From assembly GCA_048885925.1 (NCBI GenBank), contig JBHLLG010000001.1, positions 291,105 to 355,104 of the forward strand: a DNA stretch of 64,000 bases, given 5' to 3'. The position numbers and the translations under genes are program-made. The notes under the pieces are model-generated. The model was not told the origin of the DNA. It worked only from the letters and a program-made list of their open reading frames with translations, and did no database searches. Shown here in pieces: positions 10,698 through 22,100 of this stretch. Each line of letters begins with the position of its first letter. Positions within the stretch are counted from its first letter, which is position 1. Source of the DNA: Candidatus Hermodarchaeota archaeon. GTDB taxonomy: Archaea > Asgardarchaeota > Lokiarchaeia > Sigyniarchaeales > SOKP01.

Positions 10698-11227
10698 AAA
10701 AAATGGAAGAGGAAGGATGGCAAAAAGATACAACCCCCTATATCATATTTGCCTGTAAAAAGTGCCAGCAGTATATATTCGCAAAAACAACTCAAAAGAC
10801 AAAAAAGTGCTTACGGTGTGGTCGATTCCATAGAGTATCCGATATTAGTAATAATGGAGACCTTGTGAGAGGAATGAAAAATGCTCTTGAGATTATCAAA
10901 AAAAGACAAGAAGAATTTGTAATAGAGGCGGTAGGACAAGTGCCTGAGTTTAGAAGTCAATTCGATTTTAAATTAATTCAGGAATTCAAATATCAGAAGA
11001 ACCTCCATGCAGAAGATAATGATAATTATGAAAGGAAGTTTCAAGAAATGCTCATAGAATTAACCAAACTCTATAAAACGTTCCCACTTTATATTATAGA
11101 AATTTGGGCAGAAAAGTATAGAATTCCAAATGAAGAATTAAAAATTCTTATGAGAAATCTTCAGAGACAAGGAATTTTAATAAAAGTGAAGAATCACTCA
11201 TACAAGTTTAAAATTCGAAAAGAATGA
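10694..11227 (+). CDS. Zn-ribbon (DUF1922-like) protein with C-terminal winged-helix-like region
   Basis: YIIFACKKCQQY...KTKKCLRCGR; overlaps hef stop. Confidence 0.65.
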   Translation: MKKMEEEGWQKDTTPYIIFACKKCQQYIFAKTTQKTKKCLRCGRFHRVSDISNNGDLVRGMKNALEIIKKRQEEFVIEAVGQVPEFRSQFDFKLIQEFKYQKNLHAEDNDNYERKFQEMLIELTKLYKTFPLYIIEIWAEKYRIPNEELKILMRNLQRQGILIKVKNHSYKFKIRKE

Positions 11228-11259
11228 TATTTCTCAATAGAGATGAGAAAGAAAATATT

Positions 11260-11493
11260 TTATTTTCTTCTTAAGCTTGACTTAAATTCATTTCGAAGTA
11301 GAGTCTGATATACAGGGTGCCTTTCACGAAAAGGAATCTTTTCTTGACCATAATAAATGAATTTTTCAGTGTTTTGAATCGCTGAGAAAGGGATAATGAT
11401 ATCTTTAAGATTGTATTCAATATTTACTTTTTGTGGCTGAATCTCTTGAATTTTTTTATCCTTTAATCTAGAGCTAATTTTTGATAACCCCAA
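11260..11493 (-). CDS. Small basic protein, ERHPVY paralog 1
   Basis: Shares YxGxEKxxF[RK]ERHPVY...L..EF with two neighbours. Confidence 0.75.
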   Translation of the reverse strand: MGLSKISSRLKDKKIQEIQPQKVNIEYNLKDIIIPFSAIQNTEKFIYYGQEKIPFRERHPVYQTLLRNEFKSSLRRK

Positions 11494-11541
11494 AAACTAT
11501 TTTTAATCCAATTATTAATTGTAATTATTTAAACAAAAAAT

Positions 11542-11769
11542 TCAGAATGAAAGATGAGTAAAAAATCGTTTTTTCAAAATAGATTTCTTGTTAGACACTT
11601 TCCTTACTTTATAGGGGAATTCTCCCAATAAAATAGCTTGATACACTGGATGTCTTTCCTTGAAGGGAATTTTCTCATTTCCTTCATATAAAAGATAAGG
11701 AATTGACCTTAGCTTAAATTGTTGGTCAGAATCGTCTTGTATTTTTTTATTTATGGTTTTAGAGCTCAT
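11542..11769 (-). CDS. Small basic protein, ERHPVY paralog 2
   Basis: YEGNEKIPFKERHPVYQAILLGEF. Confidence 0.75.
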   Translation of the reverse strand: MSSKTINKKIQDDSDQQFKLRSIPYLLYEGNEKIPFKERHPVYQAILLGEFPYKVRKVSNKKSILKKRFFTHLSF

Positions 11770-11857
11770 AATTCTTCAAATTATTTTTCATTGAATGCCT
11801 TTTAATATAGGAGAAGATTGAAAAAATTTAAATAAAAATTATGAGCCTTTGAAGATT

Positions 11858-12190
11858 TTATGATTTTCTTATAAATTTTCTGATAATACTAACAGATTGT
11901 CTTTTCTTCATGCCAAACTCATTTAAAAGAAGTTGTTTATATACTGGATGTCTTTCTCTGAAGCTAGATTTTTCAATTCCATCATATATATATGAAGGTT
12001 CTTTATATTCACTCTCAAATTTTGAAAATGGAATTACGATCAAATTAAAATTTATAAACTCTTCTTCTAGATTATCTTTATTAGGGAAGATATAGATGCT
12101 ATTTTTTTTTAGTTGAGAGCTCATAATTATTTCACTTTCATATATTTTTTTCTTATACATAAAACCTAGATTTGGATATATAAAATCCAT
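11858..12190 (-). CDS. Small basic protein, ERHPVY paralog 3
   Basis: YDGIEKSSFRERHPVYKQLLLNEF; real start probably MSSQ at 12124. Confidence 0.75.
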   Translation of the reverse strand: MDFIYPNLGFMYKKKIYESEIIMSSQLKKNSIYIFPNKDNLEEEFINFNLIVIPFSKFESEYKEPSYIYDGIEKSSFRERHPVYKQLLLNEFGMKKRQSVSIIRKFIRKS

Positions 12191-12226
12191 TGGAATGAAA
12201 TTGAAGTCTTTATCTTTTTAATTTTT

Positions 12227-12502
12227 TTATTCTTTCTTACTTTTATCTTTTAATTTTTTCAGGTATAATTTCATAAAATATCGTTCACTTTCACAAAAAT
12301 CGAATTTTTGTTTTTTAGAAAGATTTGAACAATTTAATAATATTGCATGAATTCTTTGAAGTGTTATAAGATTTTCATCACAGATATTCTCAATTTCTGT
12401 ATTATTTTTTTTTAGATTGGTTTTATCTGAATTTTGTAAAACTCTTGTGTTAGAGATTACTTCTTTGATCTTAATCCTTTCTTTTTCGATTTTTGTATCC
12501 AT
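12227..12502 (-). CDS. Small hypothetical protein
   Basis: Start overlaps helicase stop (translational coupling). Confidence 0.6.
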   Translation of the reverse strand: MDTKIEKERIKIKEVISNTRVLQNSDKTNLKKNNTEIENICDENLITLQRIHAILLNCSNLSKKQKFDFCESERYFMKLYLKKLKDKSKKE

Positions 12503-15045
12503 TATTTCTTGTGATTCTTGATTATTTTTTTACAAAGATTTATTCCTAATCCCGTTTTTTGATTTAAGACAAAAGGGCTTTCTTTTTTTACTTGAGAGGC
12601 AGTATGATATCCTGCATTATACAAAAGTCGCGCCCTTACTCGGGCAACATCATTTAATCGCATCACTAAATCAAATAACTCCTCGTGGATTCCATAATGC
12701 AATCGAATTTTTAGCGTTTCTGCCATTTCTGCAACAGAGACTAACTTATCATGCAGATCAGTACCATGAGTGCTTAAATTACTAGCGATAATTCCAATAA
12801 AGGTAATTATTCTTTCTAGATTATCTCTTACAGAAAATAAATCTCCCGCCATAATGTTGTATTTATCTAAGATTTCATCAATTGGTTCTTCATCTGCCCA
12901 TTCTAAAATCGGTTGTAGCATTTTCGTATCCTTTACTCTGAATTCTGCTCTTAAAATGTCAAAAGCCACTTTAATCAGTTCTTGGAAGCTATTAATCTCA
13001 CTATATTCCAATTTGTAGCGGATTATCACTCCTGATACAGGGTATAAATACAATCGTATAATGAGTTTTCCAAATTGAGAGCATTTGATGGTTCTATCTT
13101 CATTTTTTATAATTAATCCTTTCTCAAACAAGTAGGATAAGATATACTGATTCTTTATTGATTTAGGAATAATGGAATCTACATATTTCTGAAAGTTTGC
13201 ATCTGGTAATTGGACAAGGTAGATTAAGAAGCTAGAAACATGATCACAAAACTCAAAACTAAACTCATCATTAGCAAAGTTATCGGAAATACCATTTTGA
13301 ACCCCGCAAGTACATTGAATTCCCGTGTCGATGTCAAATTGACAAAAATATACCCCATACGAGGTCTTAATATACCCAGAGATATTGGAATCGTTGAATT
13401 TAGTTAATTTAATCTGATAATTGTTTTCTTTTAATGACTGGATTTTAGCAGGATTTGCATGTAATTTTAAGATATTTATAGGAGTAATTTCTTTTATCAT
13501 TAAGAGCTGTTCAATAGGTATTTGTTGTTCTTTCATTTTATGTTTAATTCCATACCAAAAGTATGTTTTTTCAAAAAATTGTTTTAATAACTTTAATGTG
13601 ATATTTTTTTCCTCATAAATTCTTAAAAGAACTTGTTCTTTGAGTGTATTAATTTTGTTTAACCCTGATGTTAAATCATTATATTTTGGTATAAGGATTT
13701 TTGTAATTGGTTGTGTTTGAAAGAAATGATCTTCTACCCACATTTTTTCCTCAATGTCGTGTACTAAAATGATACCATACCCTACTGAATCAAGACCAGG
13801 ACGTCCTGCTCTTCCTAATATTTGAAATACTTCATTCGCAGAAAAAGATTTAAAATAGGAAAACCCATCTCCGTTTTCATGAAATCCTGAAAAATTCTTA
13901 ATATTATGCCCAGAAGTAACATACTTTTTAAAATCTTTTAAAATAACAACCCGAGCTGGAGTATTAATGCCCGCTGATAATGTGGTAGTACAGCAAATAA
14001 CTTTAATAATTCGTTTTCGGAAATAATCTTCTACTAGTTTTCTTTCTTTTGGTAAAAGTCCAGCATGATGAAAAGCCACTCCCGATTTGATGACTTTTTG
14101 AAGATCTTTATGCCCTCCTCTGATTGAACTCAATTGCTTTTCTAAATTTTTACATATTTTCAGCTCATTCTCACTTACTACCTTTTTAACGAGGGATTTA
14201 AGATTCTCTGCTGATTGTTGGGTCTTTTTTCGTTTATTGAGAAAAATAAGTAATTGTCCATCTTTTCCTAATATTGATTTTACAATTCTTTTGATGGTAG
14301 AATCCTTGTTTTGAGTAATTTCGATCTTATAATGAAGAGGCACAGGTCGAGTATCAGATTGAATCAGTGTAGTGTCATTCCCCAATGAAGACAACCACGA
14401 ATTAAAAAATTCAGGATTAGCAATAGTGGCTGAAAGCCCAAGGATTTGAGGATTATGTAAGAATTCATTTAATCTTACAATCAAGGATTCTAATCGTGGA
14501 CCTCTATCTGATTCCCCTATGATATGGATCTCATCAATAATAATAGTTGAAATATCATAAATCCACTCCTTATCATAGAAATTTCTCAGGATCGAATCCA
14601 TTTTCTCATAAGTAGTTATAATCATATCTGCTTTTTCTAGTTTTGAATCATCCACATCATAATCTCCTATGGAAAGCTCCACATGAACATTAAAGCGCTC
14701 ATAATTTTTTTTAAAATGAAAATATTTTTCTGTGGCTAATGCTTTGTAAGGGACTAAATATACTGATTTTCCGAAATTCTGAAATACATTATTTATTGCA
14801 CACACTTCACCGATTAATGTTTTACCACTTCCAGAAGGTGCACATACTAAAAATGATTTCCGAAAAAATAATCCTTTTTTGATGGTCTCTTTTTGAATCT
14901 CCCGTAATTGGAAGATTTTACTTTCAAATAGTACTCGTAAAATCCGTTCATCCTGAATAAATTTAAAAATTTCTTTATCAATATCATCCTTGACTTTTTC
15001 TTTTTCCACTTTATCGGTAAAGTCGGTTAGTGTTATTAAAAGCAC
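12502..15045 (-). CDS. Ski2/Hel308-like SF2 helicase with SWIM Zn-finger insertion
   Basis: APSGSGKT, DEIH, LSAT, AFHHAGL, TLSAGINTPA, QILGRAGRPG; insertion CTCG...FCDHV; C-terminal HhH-like region. Confidence 0.88.
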   Translation of the reverse strand: MLLITLTDFTDKVEKEKVKDDIDKEIFKFIQDERILRVLFESKIFQLREIQKETIKKGLFFRKSFLVCAPSGSGKTLIGEVCAINNVFQNFGKSVYLVPYKALATEKYFHFKKNYERFNVHVELSIGDYDVDDSKLEKADMIITTYEKMDSILRNFYDKEWIYDISTIIIDEIHIIGESDRGPRLESLIVRLNEFLHNPQILGLSATIANPEFFNSWLSSLGNDTTLIQSDTRPVPLHYKIEITQNKDSTIKRIVKSILGKDGQLLIFLNKRKKTQQSAENLKSLVKKVVSENELKICKNLEKQLSSIRGGHKDLQKVIKSGVAFHHAGLLPKERKLVEDYFRKRIIKVICCTTTLSAGINTPARVVILKDFKKYVTSGHNIKNFSGFHENGDGFSYFKSFSANEVFQILGRAGRPGLDSVGYGIILVHDIEEKMWVEDHFFQTQPITKILIPKYNDLTSGLNKINTLKEQVLLRIYEEKNITLKLLKQFFEKTYFWYGIKHKMKEQQIPIEQLLMIKEITPINILKLHANPAKIQSLKENNYQIKLTKFNDSNISGYIKTSYGVYFCQFDIDTGIQCTCGVQNGISDNFANDEFSFEFCDHVSSFLIYLVQLPDANFQKYVDSIIPKSIKNQYILSYLFEKGLIIKNEDRTIKCSQFGKLIIRLYLYPVSGVIIRYKLEYSEINSFQELIKVAFDILRAEFRVKDTKMLQPILEWADEEPIDEILDKYNIMAGDLFSVRDNLERIITFIGIIASNLSTHGTDLHDKLVSVAEMAETLKIRLHYGIHEELFDLVMRLNDVARVRARLLYNAGYHTASQVKKESPFVLNQKTGLGINLCKKIIKNHKK

Positions 15046-15048
15046 CTC

Positions 15049-15354
15049 TTAATAGGGATTTGTCCACTTTTTCATACATTGACTAAATGTTTCTGAATCT
15101 CGCGAAATTTCTATGCTTTTGATAACGCTTAAATTTCTAATTTGTAAATTTGAACTAATATAGCAGATTAACGCATGCAAAGGGGTACCATGAATATGAA
15201 TGTGAGGAAAATATATTGTTGGTTGTAACGTATTTAATGTCCCAATTTCTATTCCTAATGAAATATTTTTCTTACAAAAGGGGCATACGACTTTTTTTTT
15301 CACGTTTTTTTTTACTTCATTGGTATTTTTTATTTTTCCGAATGCAACGACGAT
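15049..15354 (-). CDS. Small Zn-binding protein (CPFC; HIHIHG..LHAL)
   Basis: Track start GTG 15303; frame stays open to ATC 15354, which follows GATGTGAT. Confidence 0.65.
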   Translation of the reverse strand: MVVAFGKIKNTNEVKKNVKKKVVCPFCKKNISLGIEIGTLNTLQPTIYFPHIHIHGTPLHALICYISSNLQIRNLSVIKSIEISRDSETFSQCMKKWTNPY

Positions 15355-15539
15355 AACTTATCACATCAAATTTAATTATAGTTACTTAATAAAACCATGA
15401 AATTTAAAGAAAAAAGCGAAAGAATGATCTATCTTATAAAAAGGAGGTTAAAGACAAAGACAAAATTGAAAGATAGAATCCTTGATAAAAAAGAAATTAA
15501 AATGGATATTACAATAAAATTTTTTATTTTTAGAAAAAG

Positions 15540-15672
15540 TGTCTAGCTCCCGATACTACCAGACGCAAGAACGCGTCTATAAAACAAAATAGGGGGAGGA
15601 GGGCGAAATTAGAGTGTAAGAAATTACACTACCAAAAGACAAAAATCCAGGGTGTAATTCGGGAGCTAAACA
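15540..15672 (-). ncRNA. Candidate structured RNA or leader with alternative folds
   Basis: 14-bp closing stem UGUUUAGCUCCCGA/UCGGGAGCUAGACA (G-U on minus strand), internal hairpins, T-run after it, TTTAAATA on minus strand near 15734-15741. Confidence 0.5.
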
Positions 15673-15809
15673 TGAATTTTGATTTTGAGTCATGCACATT
15701 TTTGCCATTTCTAAGATTATAATTCAATAACTCTATTTAAAATTGTAGCTTATAAAAAAATTCTCTGATTTTTTAATTTTTTCTTTAAATATGAATAGAA
15801 GATATTAGG

Positions 15810-17621
15810 ATGATATATATGACTGTCTTAGAGGATCAGCTTCCTAGGAAAAAAGAGGATACTGAGATTTATGAAGAACAGTTGGCTTCAGATTCTCTTA
15901 CGATTTCTTTTAAAAAAGGAGATTTAACCGTTATTAAAGGCATAGGTCCTAATGTTGCAGAGAAACTGAAAGCACAAGGATATATTACTGTAGAAGATAT
16001 TGCAAATGCAAATGTACGCCAAATTTCATTGATTAAAGGTATAGGACTTTCGACTGCAGAAAAATTTATTGAAAATGCAAAAGCATATTTACAAATTCAT
16101 AATAAAGACTTATCAACTTTTTCTATACCTCAAATATCTGACACTAGTTCAAATGAATATTCAGTAGAGGAGGTAAAGAAGGATGAGAGCGTTCCACTTG
16201 AGATAATTGATGAAACACCATGTAAGGTTGAGATAAAACCATGGTTTGATCCAAAATACAAGATTTCACGATTAGGAAAAAGTTATGATGTTAAGAAAGA
16301 AAGAGTTCTAGGAGATAATATAGAAGAAATAGATGAAAATTTGGATGAAAATCGTGATATACCAAAAGATTATGAAGATGAAGAATCATTACATAAAGGT
16401 TTTATTGAAGAACCGAGTTTTTTACCAAGAAACGAGTCTTCAAATTCTACTCAAATAGAAATGATAGATATTCAAATTTCAAGAGATCTTGAACGTTTAG
16501 GGTTTTACCTTCTTAAAAAGACACCAGAATTACGTCAATTATTTCTAGGAATAGATATGTTGGCTATTAAGCTTGTTCGTGCAAAAGAATTTTTAGACTT
16601 CATCTACATTATTCCTTTAAAAATCAGCACACTAAAAGGAGTTTTAGTTGTATCTGAGACTACCATTGAATATCGCCCTACTACCGAGGAAAAAGATACT
16701 CTTTTTAAAATGAGGGGAGTGCCAGAATCAATTTTAAAGGGACTTCACAATTCAGGACAAAAGATTTTTCAAGACATTTTGAATATTGGGACGCTTTACA
16801 AGCTTATTAAACAATATCTACAAATTGATATCTCCCTTAAAAAGACAGTAATCCGTGAAACTCTGTTTTTTCATTCTGGTCCGTTACAATATCGATTTTT
16901 ATTGGAACCAATCCTGATCTCCCAAGGAACTGTAGGATTCACAGAGAAATTAATTCCGTTTGCGTATCACAAACACACTAATATCCATATTATTGAAGTA
17001 TCTCAGTTATCGAATTTCTTAGATTATATTGATCAAAAATACTTGCTTATAGAAAATTATACACAACAGAAGACTTCGATTGAGCTCCATGAAGAATCGA
17101 TGTACAAATTCTCAAAAGATATAAGAAATTTTTCGGCTCCTTTTATGCTGTTTGGATTTGTATTTTTATCATTATTGATATTTCAGGCGTATTCAGTTTT
17201 ATCTATATTCATTAGTTTAGGATATGGAGTTTCAGCACTGTATGGTATTGGATTTGGCTATCTGTATTTAAAGTATCATCAGCAAAAAGTGGCTATTAAG
17301 AATGAGCTGTCCACTCCTTACTATCAGAGAAAGTATGAATTCAAAAAGCCTGATTTGGACTTAATCGCAGAAGAATTTAGCCCAAAACTTATGGAACAAT
17401 TCATTTATGAATGTGTCAATAAAGAAATAGCTTCTAATATCATTTCTAAAATAGAACGAGAGAATGCTGAAGCTTATTTCTCAAGCAAAGTAGCCCAAAA
17501 GACAATAGAAGAAGATTCGCTATTTGAGGCTGAAACCCCAACTCCTCTTGTAAAGGAGAAAAGAAATTCTGAGTTTACTGAGCAATTATCAGATAAATTT
17601 AGTTCGTTTCTGGAGGATTAA
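15810..17621 (+). CDS. Membrane protein with N-terminal tandem helix-hairpin-helix DNA-binding domain
   Basis: IKGIGPNVAEKL and IKGIGLSTAEKF HhH motifs, acidic linker, two TMs near the C-terminus. Confidence 0.8.
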   Translation: MIYMTVLEDQLPRKKEDTEIYEEQLASDSLTISFKKGDLTVIKGIGPNVAEKLKAQGYITVEDIANANVRQISLIKGIGLSTAEKFIENAKAYLQIHNKDLSTFSIPQISDTSSNEYSVEEVKKDESVPLEIIDETPCKVEIKPWFDPKYKISRLGKSYDVKKERVLGDNIEEIDENLDENRDIPKDYEDEESLHKGFIEEPSFLPRNESSNSTQIEMIDIQISRDLERLGFYLLKKTPELRQLFLGIDMLAIKLVRAKEFLDFIYIIPLKISTLKGVLVVSETTIEYRPTTEEKDTLFKMRGVPESILKGLHNSGQKIFQDILNIGTLYKLIKQYLQIDISLKKTVIRETLFFHSGPLQYRFLLEPILISQGTVGFTEKLIPFAYHKHTNIHIIEVSQLSNFLDYIDQKYLLIENYTQQKTSIELHEESMYKFSKDIRNFSAPFMLFGFVFLSLLIFQAYSVLSIFISLGYGVSALYGIGFGYLYLKYHQQKVAIKNELSTPYYQRKYEFKKPDLDLIAEEFSPKLMEQFIYECVNKEIASNIISKIERENAEAYFSSKVAQKTIEEDSLFEAETPTPLVKEKRNSEFTEQLSDKFSSFLED

Positions 17622-17623
17622 AA

Positions 17624-18295
17624 ATGAAGTTAAGATCAGTACAAACATTTCGAGTATTATTTCTAATTGGGCTTATTTTGTTGTTATTTTCCGTGTTTTT
17701 ACAGTGGTATTCTTTTCAAATATATAACTTGGATCACGAGCTTCTGGTATCATGGGACTATACTATGTTTAGTGGATGGAACACACCCTTAGTCTATAGT
17801 TCATTTTTCAATGAGTCAATGAAACCAATAAATAACGGATCTCCGTTAATGTTTACGATCCTTCTTGCTGGTGGGATTATTTTATCCGGCTATGTCATCC
17901 TTTTTCATGACATTGAAAATGCTATAAATCCCGATTCCTGTTATAAATTTGGATACCTTCTTGCCTTTGTAGTTGCCGTAATTTTTGTTTATATTTGCAT
18001 TTTTCCTGCTTTATACATAATATCCAATAATTTAATGTTTCCTTTTTTTACCGTTGTAAATAATGATGCTGGACTTATCTCTTATTATAGTATTGGACCT
18101 GGATATCTCTTACAACTAATTACATTTCCATTATTATTTCCTTATTGCTTTTTTTACATTGCCACAATTCGAAAATTCAAACAACAGGACAATACACCCG
18201 AAAAAAAAGTAGAAAAATTAATAACAAAATCGCAAGATGTTCTGGATTTAGATAAACTCATTGCCGAAGAAGAATTAAAGCAAAAAATAGGGTGA
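17624..18295 (+). CDS. Four-TM membrane protein
   Basis: Hydrophobic helices; FLQWY and SIGPGYLL motifs; operonic. Confidence 0.75.
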   Translation: MKLRSVQTFRVLFLIGLILLLFSVFLQWYSFQIYNLDHELLVSWDYTMFSGWNTPLVYSSFFNESMKPINNGSPLMFTILLAGGIILSGYVILFHDIENAINPDSCYKFGYLLAFVVAVIFVYICIFPALYIISNNLMFPFFTVVNNDAGLISYYSIGPGYLLQLITFPLLFPYCFFYIATIRKFKQQDNTPEKKVEKLITKSQDVLDLDKLIAEEELKQKIG

Positions 18296-18302
18296 GAAAA
18301 AG

Positions 18303-19160
18303 ATGGAACAAGAGATAATTGATATAAAGCTGAAAAATCTAATTCAAGTGTGTAAGGAAACACAAAATTTTAAAAAATTAGCTGTAGTAAGTTTTGTTCT
18401 CACAGATAATACTATTGAAAAAATAGGAATTAATCTTGGGTTGAGACCTCGTAATAGATCCTCAGGAGAAAAAGTGTATGAATATATGGAGTTGATTAAC
18501 ACTTTTCTTCTTAAAAATTTAAATATTACTGTTTTTCGCGAAGAGTGGATAGAGACAGTGAAGGATTACGAAATATTATTTCTTAGAAGCAAGGGAAGAC
18601 TTCCCCATGATTATATTAAGATGATGTTTATCCTATATTACGAATTACGAAAATTGGATGTCCCAAATGTCTATAAAACTATAAAATCTGATGATTTTTT
18701 TTGTTATTCTGAAGTAGGATTGTACTCTTACTTAACTCCTATGTCAAAAAAAAAGAAAGATCAAAATAATCTTACTCCTCTCATGTTACAAAAACTTCGA
18801 GAAAAGGAGAAAGTTCTTCAAAAAGAATTAAGTTGTGCTTTTAATAGTGAAAAATTAGAAACTATGATACATTTGCACAACGTTAAACAATCCATTTCTC
18901 AAGATAGAAAGGGGAAATTCACGATTCAAGGAACTCTTAAGGATAACCTTAATTATCAATATACTGTAGAGAAAATAGTGGGATATTTTTTTTTAGGATT
19001 AATTGTTTTATTAATAGCTCTGGGAAGTGTTATAATCTATGAAGTAAGTGTACTTCCCTCCTATGTAGGAGTTATAGACCTTTTTGCATTTATTTTTTTT
19101 GGAAGCTCAATTCCTTTAATTTGGGCATATATGAAATATTTAAAAAAACAGAGCGTGTAA
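18303..19160 (+). CDS. Hypothetical protein with two C-terminal TMs
   Basis: Soluble N-terminus, hydrophobic hairpin at C-terminus; operonic. Confidence 0.7.
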   Translation: MEQEIIDIKLKNLIQVCKETQNFKKLAVVSFVLTDNTIEKIGINLGLRPRNRSSGEKVYEYMELINTFLLKNLNITVFREEWIETVKDYEILFLRSKGRLPHDYIKMMFILYYELRKLDVPNVYKTIKSDDFFCYSEVGLYSYLTPMSKKKKDQNNLTPLMLQKLREKEKVLQKELSCAFNSEKLETMIHLHNVKQSISQDRKGKFTIQGTLKDNLNYQYTVEKIVGYFFLGLIVLLIALGSVIIYEVSVLPSYVGVIDLFAFIFFGSSIPLIWAYMKYLKKQSV

Positions 19161-19161
19161 T

Positions 19162-22100
19162 ATGGTAAAAGGTTATGATACAGAAGATGAAATGTTTGAA
19201 ATAAGTACAAGAAAGAAAAAAAAAGTTGTTATTGAAGAGAAAGGGGTTCCAAAACACCGCTTTAGACTTTGGGATGACAACCCCTCCTTTAAGGATATCA
19301 ATACTACCTTTTCATATATCAAATTAGGATTTTTATCTGTTATGGTAATGTTCATTATTATCTCAAGTTACCTGTTATTTGGAAATGTATGGGGGGCGGT
19401 TGGCTTTGGGATTTTTTGTCTTGTAATTTTTATAGGGATATTTCATGAGGAGTTTCATGGCTTGCGATATTTATTCCGCTTTGGTACAACACTAACAATT
19501 AATCTCTTTGAAGATTTTGTATTCTGGTATGAAAAAGAAGCACCAAAAACATTGTATCTCTCCAATAAAAAGGATTTAATCCATATAGCACTTCAGATCT
19601 ACAAAATAACCGTGATACCTGAAAAAATTCATGCTGCAATCGTGAATTTTGTAAGAGCTATGGGGTCAAAAGATATTAGACTCTCCTATTCATATCAAAT
19701 AGTACAAAAACCGATTATCCCTTTAGATTATACGAATATATCCCGGGAGACCGCATTAAAATCACTTCATTCCAAAGAAGCAACCATTTACTTTATTGTC
19801 TTTTACCGTGAAAAAGGATTGCTCACTCAACATAAGATAGATCATATGAACTATTTTATTACAAAATATTCCAATAATCTAAAAAGTAATTTAGTAAGTA
19901 ATTTCCATCATTTTAAGACAAAATGTCTTTCTCGAGATGCTCTCGTTAATGCGATTCGTACTTTTTTTGTGAAAACAGACATTTCTTCGAAACAAAATAA
20001 TACAAAAACTTCTCACCATTATATTAATAAAGCTCATTTTCTGGGAAAACTTTCCATAACTTGTATATTGCTTATTTACATTGATATAGTCTTGTTTACC
20101 ATAAAATTATTTTATGGCTATATCTTGCTTATAAATTCTGTGTTTATTGTATCATTTTTATTTATTTGGTGGAGAGTTGCATTCTTTCAAATAACTAAAC
20201 GAAGGTTGTACCATAATCATAAATATGTAGTGGTAAATCCCTTTAAAAATTTGAGGGTTCATTTTAGTAAGATATATCCTTACACTCTTTTTATTCACAT
20301 TGATCAAAGGGTATTACTCGGAATGAAGATGGTCAACCTAAAACATGTATTTAAATCTCCCTATTGTGATATAGGCAAATTCATTGAAAGTCTCAATAAC
20401 CAAAACGTTTATTTTAGTTATACTCTTCGAAATGGGGCTTTAGAATATTATTATGTCTATAAGTATGGATTAAAACATATGTATGAGAAAGTAAAGAAAA
20501 AGATGTTATTTCATCCATATAAACGAATAAAAAATGAAGAAGATAGCGAAGTATGGTTAGGATATCGCGCCGGGATGTGGTATAGCCTCCTCACGATGTC
20601 TGCTAATATCTACCGCTTTACTTCTAAAATTCATAATGATCTTCTCAGAGAAGTAGAAAATGAGCTGGTGAGACAGATTGATACTTTAAAAGGAGCGTTT
20701 AATGGTAATTCTTACGGATACCAACTTGAAGATTTAAGAGGAGCTACATTACTTTCGGGATTTCTTTTTTCATGTCTAAAATATAACGGATTTCGTCTAA
20801 ATGGGTCTCATCTCAATTATATTATGATGCAAGGAACCACTATGTACTCCTTAACCGCCATTGCTGATATACTAAAAAAAGGAGTAGAAGCAGAAATTCC
20901 TGCTGAATTTAACACTCCTCTCTATCTAGAAAATTTTCTAACAATTGGTTATACGATTAATACAGAGGTTTTAGAATCTGAAGTCCCCGTAGGATTTACT
21001 CATGACCAGATAAAAAACCTATTGATTATCAATGGAGAGACAAAACAACGAGAATTAATATGCCTGAAAATTGTGGCAGAATTAATAAAAGTTCAACTTC
21101 CTTCCCTTATTTTTGATTATTCAGGTATATGGTCTAAATTAATGAGCTATTTTAGATATACCCGTTATGAACAGGATATCTTGTATTTTAAATACAGAAG
21201 CGCCTTTGTTATTGATCCTATCAGTTCCGATATTCCTCATGATAAAAATCAGATTGAGTATATTAACTATATGCTATATGCTTTCGGATTAGCGTTAAAG
21301 AAAGACGATCGTACAATAGAAATGTTCCGAAATATTTTACAAAGACATCCTGATGAGGATCTAAAAACCATAGTAACTTCCCTAAAAAATCAAAGTGAGT
21401 GGGAAAAAAGCCCTATTAGTGATGTATTACTTTCCTTACTCTCTGATTTTTCTCAGGAAGATCTTTCTTATTTTCAGTCAGCTCAAACCAAAGGAATTGT
21501 GCCTAATGATTTTATTCGAAATAACAAGACAGTTATCATCGATTTATCCGCTATTAAAGAGCTTAATAAAAAATCCTATTTAACATTCACAATATTGGCT
21601 AAAATCATTCATTATATTAATCAGGGGGGAAAGTTCTATGAAAAATGTATCATAGTGCCGAATGTTGACAATTTCTTTGATTTTTTTTATCTTGATATAA
21701 AAAGAAATTATGATAAAGTGGATCTGTTTTTGAAGCCTTTATTTGATAATAATTTTGGATTAATTGTTACTGCCAATCAAATTCATTATCTTCATGCCAA
21801 TTTTCTTCTCTATTTTCATAATTATATAACATTGAGGGCAACTGATAATCGAGATGTGAGTATACTGAGGAATATAATGAATTTAAACGAGCTTGAAGGA
21901 ACGGGATATTACTCAGATTCTCGTAAGAATTCATATCAAGTGCTTTACTTAAAAAACCTAAAAGACAATAAAGTATTGATCCGTAGGGATGATATCGCCC
22001 AACTATTTCCGGCATTAATAGCATGGGAAGATCTTGATGAATCCCCTCTTATGTCCTATGTAGAAATTGTGAGACATATGAAAGATCAAGGGTATGATGT

